A program made the translations under genes and the position numbers. The notes under the pieces are model-generated. The model had not been told where the DNA came from, searched no databases, and worked only from the letters and a program-made list of their open reading frames with translations. Of a stretch of DNA of 64,000 nucleotides, positions 53,436 through 64,000 are shown one piece after another (the stretch's first letter is position 1; every line of letters starts with the position of its first letter). The stretch comes from the human T2T-CHM13v2.0 reference genome, Homo sapiens. The stretch lies in NCBI RefSeq assembly GCF_009914755.1, contig NC_060938.1; one strand, written 5' to 3'.

Positions 53436-55479
53436 TATTTTCTTTTTGTATTCAACAATAATGAAAACCTATAAGCCCCTCAATAATGGAAGCTAAATCT
53501 TATTTCTCTTTGGGCCCAACACAGTGCCGGGCTCTTAAAACTCAGGAACATGGCTTTAGCTGAAAAGTCTGTGTCAGAGCCCGAAGCCCTTTAAGGTTGA
53601 GCGGCGTCAACCAGGAAGTCTTTAGCCACTGCCACAAAAGGGCTCATCTGGCCTCCAGATTTGACAAGAGTTTTCACTTCTACTTATGTCCAACTTCCTT
53701 CCTTTTTCTTGATTTCTAGGATCCAGCCCAGCTTGGTTTGGACTTTTTCGGTAACATCTATCCCCAGACTCTGGTTCCTCTCTCACTGGGCCCTACCTCT
53801 TGACTAGTTAGGCACCTTTCCTTGAAGAAGCATTTCTCAAGCTTCCTGGGCTTTAGCTCTCTGCTGCCCCCATTAGGCAGTAATCATTGCCAGAGTAACT
53901 CCTAGAGAAATCTGCCTGCTCAAACTTAAGTAGCTATTCTGATTTGTCTCAAGATAAGGTCCCAATGCTTTCAACTTGTTTATGTATAAAAATTATATGT
54001 AACCCAAATTCTCCATTTCATTTTTAAAATCATTTAAAGCAGAATACTAAGTGTTAGAAGGAGACCCACTGTGACTTTGTGCCCACTGAATAGGCTAGAT
54101 TTACAAGGCAAGCACTGAAGATAGTTATTTCTGGCTGAGGCTACTTTTGCAATCCAAGTAATGACATGAAGGCAATAGTTGAGATGATGTATGTCCATCG
54201 ACACATTTGCTTGTCATCCTAACAACAGTCATAAAAATTAAAATGCACACTTTAATATTGAACACAGTTTATTTGTCTGAAAAAATTCTTTATTAACATA
54301 ACAGAACCCATATTATTGAAACACAAGTTACATACGTTGTGCATTACCACTTAAAGTAAATCAAGGAATAACAAAAAATTAACCACTGGACAACTGAGTT
54401 GGTTAGAGGAGAGAGAGTGAGGAGTTACTTTTTATTTTTTGCCTTTCTGTTCACTTTGAAATGTCTAAATGTGTACATATACGCTTCTTATTCTTAAATA
54501 TCAGCAGAGGCTATCAAGGTAGAGAGATTGTGGAGTATATTTTCAATGTCTTCTGTATATTTTTGTTTTTAAGAAGCTAAAATTCATTTTAATAAAGAAA
54601 TAGGGCAGAAATTTTTTAATTAAGAAAATGACACTTAGAGGAATATCGAAGTAATAAAACTAGCTAGCATAGATCAAGTACTTCCTGACCAATTTAAAAT
54701 ATATTTATTTATTGCCTAATGATCAAACATTGAAGAAAGACTTCGCTTACAAAGTCTCCCATAAAAATCCTGAAAAGTAGTCCTAGGTCGCAGTCAGCAC
54801 AGAGGGCAGAGGTCACACTGAGAGCGACCTGCCTCCTGTAGCTTCAGAGAACCTGGTATTTACCCAGCAGTAAGCATTGGACTGGGTACCTGTTACGTGC
54901 TATTTATACAGTTATGACTTGGTGGTACTTCTTGCCCCCAAGGTGCCTACAGTCTCATGGAGGAAACAGATGCATGTAAAACAAATAATTAAAATATTCT
55001 ATCACATTTTACATAGTTAAAATATTTTATGTACAACACCCCAAGAGTGCACAGAGGACGAAAGAGCTATCTTTAGGGGGAGAGAATAGAAGGTATTTCA
55101 TTGAAAATATAATATTGCCAAATACCTTATGAAGCTGAAAATCAAACTACTTAACCAAGAAACAGTTCATAATGTACTAACATAAGAGAATGACACTCAA
55201 AATTTTTACCACGCTAGCCTCAAACTCTAACTTCATCTTACTACATGTGCCCATAAATATTATGTTTCCACCGCATGAAAATCCAAGCAACGCCAAACAC
55301 TCTATTCATTGTCATCAGATTCTTTTTCTGGTGCTCTTCCCTATGGGTTGAATGTCCTTCTTCTTTTTTTGATCTGTCAAAATCCTAATTATCCTTTAAT
55401 TAATTTCATCTAAATGCCACCCTACCTGACATTGCCAATTGGAGCTTTTCCATTCTTCCTCTAACATGTTTTGCATTTA

Positions 55480-55800
55480 CTTTATATTAGGCATTGTTCT
55501 ACACTTTTTACATGTATTGACTCATTGATCTGCAAAACAGCCCTTGAGATAAGCACCAATGTTGCTCTTATTTCATAAATAAAGTAACTGACACACGGCA
55601 AGGATCAGTAACTTGCTCAAAGTTATACAGTAATAATGGCTTCAATGTATTGAGAACCAATGGCTTTATACAATTGATTTACTACTTATAACAACTTTGT
55701 GAAGGGGTGATTGTTTTATCCATTTTAAGTTAATAAAAGCTCCCACTGCAATAAGTGGGTGGAGCCAGGATTCAGACCCAGTTAGCACAACAACCTCAAT
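55480..55800 (-). mobile_element. MIR fragments
   Basis: TTTACATGTATTGACTCATTGATCTGCAAAACAGCCCTTGAGATAAG...AACTTGCTCAAAGTTATACAG; TAAGTGGGTGGAGCCAGGATTCAGACCCAG. Confidence 0.7.
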
Positions 55801-56406
55801 CCCTTTCACGCCCTCACTCTCACCACTGCCATGATGTACTCTCTCTTTTTCCCCACTTCCTAATCAGGTTCCCAGATCTCTTGGAACCATGGCCCCCTCA
55901 TTGTATATATGTGGAAACTGGAGCCCAGAGAGCTGCTCAGGTCCCATTTCCAGACTATGGTTCTTGCCACGTATTGCCAGGCCTCCCTCAAAACTCAAGA
56001 GAGTGGATATAACCAGTCACTGTAATTGCTGACCACCTATATTGACCTCCACGTTCTGGGTGACTGCTCTCTGGGTGTTTGTTACAGTAAGATAGCATCT
56101 CCTGGAAAAGAAGGCGGCAGATTATATGGCAGACGGTCAGGAATCTGAGATCTGCTATTCAGATAATTTCATGTGAGCACACATACATGCACCAAATTAA
56201 TCTGTGGGCCACTAGGATAATTAATTTTAATGCATGAATAAAATGACATACATATTTATAATAAAAATGTGTAAATAAGGCTACTGCTGAACCAATATAA
56301 AATCTCTAGATTATGCACAACACAATGAAGGAGATAAGAAATGGTCATCTCTTCACATGCCTCAGTTTCATGTGAGCTCAGTTGAAAATCTTACTGATTA
56401 TGTCAC

Positions 56407-56865
56407 TGTCTTAGTCTGTTTTGTGTTGCTATAAAGGAATGCCTGAGGCTGGGTTATTTAAAAGAAAAGAAGTGTATTTAGCTTATGGTTCTGTAGGCTG
56501 TACAAGAAGCATGGTGCCTCCAGCATCTGTTCAGCTCCTGGTGATGGCTTTCGAGCTGAGTCAAAACTTGACAGAAAAGGTCAAAAGGGAGTCAGGTATG
56601 TGTGAAGAGAGACGCAACCTGATGGGCTTCCTGGCTTTATAACAACCCCCTCTCCAGAGAATAATCCATTTCCCAAGAATCAATCCAGTTTCACAAGAAT
56701 GAGAACTCACTCTTTACCTCGAGAAGCACCAAACCATTCATGAGAGATCCATCCCATGACCCAAATACCTCCCACTAGGCCCCACCTCCCAACATTGACA
56801 CACTGGGGATGAAATTCCAACATGAGATCTGGTGGGGATACGCAAAATATATACAAACCGTAACA
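56407..56865 (-). mobile_element. MST-family MaLR solo LTR (MSTB1/B2-like)
   Basis: TGTCTTAGTCTGTTTTGTGTTGCTATAAAGGAATGCCTGAGGCTGGG...CAAACCGTAACA; perfect TSD GTCAC (56402-56406 / 56866-56870). Confidence 0.92.
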
Positions 56866-57279
56866 GTCACCCTGTATAAACTGTTGTAATTTTTTACTTC
56901 TCCTTTCTCTAACAAACTACCTAATTTTTTTTAAATGAACACTCTTTTATGATTTCCACAAAAAGGTAGACTTTAAGATCATTTTATACACATAAACAGC
57001 TGAATAGAATAGCAGCATTAAACTAACAGTTCTTTAAATATTTTCCCATCAGATTTTGCATGGATTTATTGTACTTTTTGGTGCATAGGAGTGGTATTTC
57101 ACTGTTTGTCGAGGGGGTTGCTTGACACCTTATTATATATTCTGTTTGTTTTAAAATGAGCACATGATAAAGTGAGAAAGATTGAATCTTAGCTTTTCAA
57201 ATACTATCTAAGATGACATTCAGTTACAGAAATAATTTGAGTGTCTGGTTAGGAGAATAAATGTAAAATTTTATAGCAT

Positions 57280-57670
57280 CTCAATTTTGCAAAGCGCTTC
57301 ACAGTTTATGAAATACTTTCATAAACATTATTTTAATTTGATTATCACAACAACCCTATAAGCATAGGATTCACTTTCCAATATTATGTGTGTGTGTGTG
57401 TGTGTGTGTGTGTAGTGGTGCCCAGATTTACACAATTAATAAAGTGGCAAAGTCAATTGAAATGCTTTAAGCCAAGTTTGTTTCCACAAGCTATTTATTT
57501 TTTTAATGGCCATGAGGGATTTTAGAAATTCTTTAATCCAAGTCCCATATGTCATAGATGAAGAAACTGAGCCCCATAGAGGTACAGTAACCAATCGAAG
57601 GTTATTGACAAGTCAGCAGTAAAGTTCTGGAAACCAAAGCCTCCTCCTGTAAAGCATTTTTTCACTGCAC
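57280..57670 (-). mobile_element. Two MIR fragments, with (TG)n at 57387-57413
   Basis: ATTTGATTATCACAACAACCCTATAAG; CATAGATGAAGAAACTGAGCCCCATAGAGGT. Confidence 0.7.
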
Positions 57671-58379
57671 CATACTAACCGAGGCTGAGGGCAACCTATT
57701 ATGAAAGAAGGTAAAGACTGCTAATTTAGTGATTCGTTGCCTTAAGTTTCCATACCAGAGACAAGTGTTTTGGTATAAGCGTATGTTTCACACCAGTCCT
57801 ACGGTGTCTTATTGGGTTTCTACTAATGATGCTAAACATGCAAGTGTGTTAGGAAAGAAATAGTCATCACTGCAACTAGCATCCCTCCACACTCCACCCC
57901 CATGAAATTCTAGGCCCTAGCAGCACCTCCACAGCCCTACAGAAATGCAGAGAGAACCACATTTTGAAGTAGGGCCAGAAGAAGAGGTATGGCAAGGCTG
58001 GGAGGAGGTCCAAAAGAAAAAAGCAATTGTCTTGGTTGTGCTTACAGAGATCTCCTGTCTCCACATAAAGCTGAACGCCCACGTGAGCCCTGCTCCTCAG
58101 CAAATGTGCCTGGGCTCACCACCCCCACCACCACTCCTCTGCTCTCTGGTTAAATTTACACTCCTGTCCAGCACTGTGGGAATGAGACCATAGCCTATCC
58201 TGTCTAACCAGATGGGTTGAGAGTCTCTGTCAACACCAATACTATTTTATACCACTGACTAAAATACTTTCAACATTATTCTTAGGAATTTTTTTATAAT
58301 AGAAGAAAAATTCTAAAAATTTAATAAAGTGTTTCTTCAAAGTTATTGGTCTTTTTTTTAAAGTCTTAGCTATGATTCT

Positions 58380-58610
58380 GTGTAGCAGTTGAGAAAATGG
58401 GCTTTAAATTTAGACAATCCTGGATTTAAGCTGTAAATCTTCCATTTATTAAATATGGGACCTCAGATAAGTTACTGGACTTCGCTGCACCTCATCATCT
58501 GTAAAATAACACATACCTTTCAAGGTCATTATGAAGATTAAATAAGACTATATATGTAAAGCTAAGAACATGGTGCCTGGCATTGGATGAACACAATAAA
58601 TAATAGCTAG
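58380..58610 (+). mobile_element. MIR SINE
   Basis: CCTCATCATCTGTAAAAT...TGAAGATTAAATAAGACTATATATGTAAAGCT...GTGCCTGGCA...CAATAAATAATAGCTA. Confidence 0.8.
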
Positions 58611-60899
58611 TGAGGTTTTTTCTATAAAAAGTGCCAGGGTTCACAAGGATGTGATGGTCTTTAGTTTTCTAAATATAATGACTGAGACTAAATATGCACA
58701 TTGAACAGTTAAGTGACATTTATTTATTTTATTTGCCAAACACTGATTGAAAACCTGCCATGTATTGAAACTTACATTTACTACAATTATTATTAAAATC
58801 CCTCTCACTGTCAAAGATGGAAGATGAAGAGTTCAGAGACTAATGAAATGTAATTATACACATTACTAACAAATTCCCTGTGCATTACCTCTACACCTTA
58901 TAAACATGTGCCTCCTCCCCTGCTGCAAAATTGTGGATGGCAGAGACTATGTCTTACTTTCTCAATATCACAGTACCTACCTAACATGCTATCTGGCACT
59001 TAGTCAGAACTCAATAAGTAGGTGTTAAATTTGACTTGAATGAAATGGAATTATTGTTCCCAGGAAGCATTGGTATTTATGATTTAAAAGTTTAGGTGGT
59101 ATTTTGGATTCACATAACTTTTTTAAGACTCACAATCTTCGTATAGTTTCTCACTGACTCAAAGAACACCACTTTGGGAAAGATGAGAGTTAATATAATT
59201 ACTCATATAGATATGTAAACATATTCCTATATAATGTTAAATCAATAACAAAACTGATACATTTAAATTTACAAAATAGAACAAGATAAAACTCCATTGC
59301 AGGGTATTGGAGTATTCAAACCTTCCAATGTCATATTGACAAGCAACCAAGTAACATTTTGAACTGGGTATGACATCTGTTACCTGTTGATGGCCTAATT
59401 TGATTCTATGGACCTAGCTGGCCAAGAGGATTAATATCAGATTACCTGGATGTAGTACTGCAACCAACAGATGCCACTATAAAAGATGACTTCCCCAGAT
59501 AGGTTATTCAACAAATCAGTATTTCTGGCCATTAAAAACCCCTCAATTTTATAGGGGTCACAATCTTTTGAAGTCTCTTCCTCTCCTATCCCTGCCCCAA
59601 TATGAGAGATTGATGCAATTTTTGCCAAAAATTCTGTGGCTGAGAGACTATGAGATAATATCCCATTTTAAAGCTATGGGCCCATAATATGACTGCTAGA
59701 AAGAGGACTCACCCTCTATAATGAATGTTGTCTGGTTTACTATAGCCAGAGTTTATTACATATATATTTTACTTTGCAAAAGGAATTTTTAAAAGAATAA
59801 ATTAAAATCCATTGATAAAAGGGTACAGTTCCACTAGGTACCCAGAGATTCTAGCAATTGATTTCAAGTAGATGCTGCCTGATTGCTTCTCACCTTATTT
59901 ATATGCAGAAATCTTAAATTTGACTGTGTTAGTGGCAATCTTATTAGCATGACTGTATCCTCCATTAAAGACCGTCATGGATCTAAGGCACTTTGTGGAG
60001 AGTGGGGCTGAGGAAATGATCTCGCTGATTCTGGCAATATCCCAAATATTTGCCACTTCTGTTGTAGACAGTGTGACAAACAGACATACACACATTCTGG
60101 TTACCTGGGAAAACAATTCCAGGAAGAAAATCCACAGCAGAATATTAATTTTTGTAGTAAGAGATATGCAAGTAAGACATGGAGAAATAGGATAAAAATC
60201 TGATTGGGTTAAATTCTATAAAATGGAAGCTTACTTTTCGGGAGATTAGGCCTCCTATTCTGGAAAATTCTGATTTTCTCTGCTGTTTTCTACCTTTGCC
60301 CCAGACTGGGAACTTAAAGACATGGGGCCTAGTATCAAACTTGTAATGAATTTGTAAGAGTTCATTACATTAAGATGACACCTGAAGTGGAAAAATGAAT
60401 TTATAAACTTTTGTATTTATTCTATGTTATATTCAAACAAATGCAAACAAGTGTTGCACTGGGTCCCTCTAAATAAAGTGTGTTTCAAGGGAATAGAACA
60501 TAGAAACATGAGTGTGGATAAGCATTATAAAGCAAATACTGGAATACCTTGAGGTGAAAAACAAGTGAAATGTTTAATCTATCTGAGAGCTGGAAGGGTT
60601 TCCAGGATGCTTTATTTGAATTGCATGTGAAGGTGTGCAGTTTAGAAGGTCTAACAAAAACCATAGTAAATTTCCATTGTTACTGTACTCATAATTTTGA
60701 ACTGCTAAAGAACTCTGGTAAAGAAAATCAAAAAGTGCTAAAGTTCCAAATAAAGTACTGTTAAGGGGTCACAATTCCTAAACAGACTATACCCTACCAC
60801 AAATAATTCTGATTTGTTTTTAAACTGCAGTAAACACTTCAGTTTATATGACTTGATTTGGGAGTTTGAGAATTAGTCCTTTATTGATTCCAATAACAT

Positions 60900-62260
60900 T
60901 AATTAATTTCAATAAACAATTAAGTGTTGGACATCTCTTTGCTAAGTGCTTCAAGACACAGGACTGTGACCTCCTTGAGAGCAAGAACAGGGCCTTATTT
61001 ACTTAGTTAAGGAATAAAAATAGAGAGAAACTAAATTACCATGCATGGTATATATAGTGGGAGAAATGTAGAAAAACAAATTGCTATGCTGTTCAAAGCA
61101 GGGGAAAATCACCACTATTTGTGAAGACCAAAATAGGCATCATTGAAGAGGCAGCACTTATATGGGCCCTGATGGAGGGTAAGGATTTTGATGGGCACTG
61201 AGGCATGGTTAGGAATTTGACAGGAGGAGAAGTAAAAGAACGTAGTGACTAAGAGCATGGACTGCCAAGATTCCAATGCTGGCTCTACTTTCAATCAGCT
61301 GCGTGATTCATGGAAAGTCATTTAAACTCTCTCAACTGGACTTCCTTATTGTAAAATAGAGCTTATAATAGTGTATATCTCTTATTACAACAATCTTGGG
61401 AAAGTTGTAATAATTAAATAAATTAATAGACACAAAAGGCTTAGATTATAGATGGGAACATAGAAAGTCCTATAAAAGAATTAGCTATTATTATTTTGTG
61501 TACAGCAAAGTCACAGTTAAAGGAAAATGTGCATAGAATAATGAATAATAGGCTGGAGTAGGGGACATAAATGGGTGAGTAATAAAAGATCAAACTAGAA
61601 TGATAAACCGGTAGTCTGTTATAGAAAGCACTGAATACCAGAGTTGATTTTAAAGTATGTAAGAAAAAGCGAGCCAATAAAATTTTGGTTTTGTTTTTGT
61701 TTTTAACCTGGAGGCAAGGTTACATTAGAGGTGCACCTTAGGAAGATGAATCTGGCCTGGATGCACAGGATAGATTGGTGGTGGGATAGACAAGATGTGA
61801 ATACATGCTACTACAGAAAGCAGACCAGAAGTAATCAGAGACTTAAGTGAGCAGCAGTAGGAATGGAAAAGAGAATACATTCTCTCCTCTGTCCATGATG
61901 AAAATTAAGTAACTTAAATAACAGGGAGAATTTTTTAAAGGTTGCTGATAACTTTGTTTCAAGTCTAGGTGATTATAATGTAATTAAATAAAATAGAAAA
62001 GTCAGGATAAGAAACTTTCATGGAGTGACAACAAGCAGCTTGCCCTTGAATACAATGAGTTTAAGGTGTCTAGAGGACATCCTACTGGCATTTAAAGCTG
62101 TGACTGGAGATTACTATCTATAACTATCTGTATAGAGATAACAATTGAAGAAAAAAGAATGGATAAGGCCTCTGGGAAAGAGGAAGAGAGAAGGAGAAAT
62201 GACTTCCAGAATGAAACCCTAGGAAATCTCACTGGGTAAGAAGCACAAACAACTGGAAAG
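60900..62260 (-). mobile_element. Highly degraded L2 fragments with a nested MIR (~61245-61495, + strand)
   Basis: Purine-rich antisense L2-like tracts (ATGAGTTTAAGGTGTCTAGAGGACATCC); MIR GTAGTGACTAAGAGCATGGACT...GGAAAGTCATTTAAACTCTCT; boundaries approximate. Confidence 0.55.
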
Positions 62261-62724
62261 TAAGGAACCAATGGCATGAGAAGTGGACAAGATCACCTGT
62301 GGAGTCACCCAGGCTTAACAGACATCAGTTTTTTATCAGCATCTTATTTTCTATGGAAACAGTCCCACCTAACTGAAGTTCCATAGCTTTAAGAGAAAGA
62401 GAAACATTTTTCCTTAGGTTGCTATGCTTTTCATAACTTTTTATCACTGAGGAGGAGTCATAAATGTCTCCCTGAATGCAAGACTCAGCTTGGTCTCAAG
62501 TTCAAAGTCTGAGCTTATGAAACTAATTTATAGAAGCATGTCCCCTGTCTATGCATAAAGACACAGAGATCATTCTCTCTGATCTGCCTTAAGTTTATTA
62601 CCAAATAGCAGTGATGATGATGGTGATAACAATAACTAGAGAGACAACGATCTATGTCTCACACGTACCTCTTTTTGCAATCACTGCATGTACTATCCCC
62701 TCAGGAAGAAAATATTTCCCATAC

Positions 62725-63490
62725 TGACAGACAGTACTAGCTGGATTTCCTAGGCCAACGAAGAATTCCTAAGACTAGCTGGGGAAGGTGACCACACCCA
62801 CCTTTAAACACAGAGCTTGTAACTCAGCTCACACCTGACCAATCAGGTAGTAAAGAGGGCTCACTAAAATACCAATTAGGCTAAAAGCAGGAGGTAAAGA
62901 AACAGTCAAATCACCTATCATCTGAGAGAACAGGGGGAGGGACAATGATTGCGATATAAACCCCAGGCATTGGAGCTGGGAGTGGGAAACCCCCTTTGGG
63001 TCCCCTCCCATTGTATGGGAGCTCTGTTTTTACTCTAGTAAATCTTGCAATCGCACACTCTTCTGGTTCATGTTTGTTCCAGCTCGAGCTGAGCTTTCAC
63101 TCACCTTCCACCACTGCTGTTCGCCACTGTCACAGACAGGCTGTTGACTTCCACCCCTCCAGATCCAGCAGGGTGTCCATTGCGTTTCTGATCCAGTGAG
63201 GCAGCCCACTGCCGCTCCCATTCGGGCTAGAGGCTCGCCATTGTTCCTGTGTGGCTAAGTGCCCGGGGCCATTCTAATCAAGCTGAACACTAGTCGCTGG
63301 GTTCCACAGTTCTCTTCCGTGACCCACGTCTTCTAATAGAGCTATAGCACTCACTGCATGGCCCAAGGTTTCATTCCTTGGAATCCGTGAGGGAAAGAAC
63401 CTCAGGTCAGAGAACAAAAGGCTTGCTGCCCTCTTGGGAGCAGCCTGCCACCATCTTGGGAGCTCTAAGAACAAAGACCCACCCGTAACA
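62725..63490 (+). mobile_element. HERV-W solo LTR (LTR17), full length 766 bp
   Basis: TGACAGACAGTACTAGCTGGATTTCCTAGGCC...CCTTTAAACAC...GACCAATCAG...GATATAAACCC...CCCCCTTTGGGTCCCCTCCC...GACCCACCCGTAACA; TSD ATAC/TTAC (3/4); no primer-binding site or gag downstream. Confidence 0.95.
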
Positions 63491-64000
63491 TTACTTTAAC
63501 CTTCTGCCTTTTGATGTGAGGAATATTTTCATATCCTCAAAGTAGAAGCTATAGAATTAAAGGGCATGAAATTCATAAAATTCTTCTCTTCAAGGAAATA
63601 AAATTGTATGTGTCACCCTCAAACTGGCATTGGTAGCCCCTATATGCTACCTCCCTCTCTCCACATATTTAACTTTCTTCCTGACATTAAAATTGATCCT
63701 ATTGCCCGGGCTTCCTGCTATCCTCACTCAGGATTCTACCAATGTCATCCCAGGCCATTTGTTTTCATTGTCCCATTAGCTCTAGCTCTCTGAAGCACTC
63801 AGCCCTCAGCCCCAAATTTTATGCTGAAATAACCATAACTCTTGCCTTTTTTCCTCTGCTATTCTCCTTTTAACCATCAGAAAGAGATCTTTCATTTTAA
63901 TGAGTCTCTTAATCTTATAAATAAGTCTTGCCCAAACCTCATTACCTTTGATCAATTCCTATTTGTGTGATTTTTAAGTTTTACTTTTCTATGTTTACTC

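Overview
Primate genomic DNA, most likely human or another catarrhine, judged from Alu, L1PA, MER41A and HERV-W LTR17 elements. It is AT-rich, CpG-poor and intergenic or deep-intronic in character. I find no credible protein-coding gene. ORFs in the track with recognisable content are L1 ORF2 fragments, Alu/LTR read-throughs or microsatellite artefacts; the rest are short and resemble no protein I recognise. Much of the window is interspersed repeat: 4 Alus, several L1 fragments, about 8 solo LTRs (several with visible target-site duplications, TSDs), MIR/L2 relics and two DNA-transposon relics. I could not identify the locus, and repeat family names come from recalled consensus sequences, not a search. 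The most notable signals are: (1) a ~35-bp templated insertion inside the MER41A LTR, copied from 1.3 kb upstream and ending in a snap-back hairpin; (2) a c-fos-like ETS+CArG composite element in the same LTR; (3) a ~5-kb apparently transposon-free block (~40.4-45.5 kb) with a CpG-rich patch, a good CTCF motif and motif-dense stretches resembling conserved developmental enhancers; (4) several fold-back or mosaic micro-repeats that look like repair scars. I see no evidence of a novel multi-gene system.
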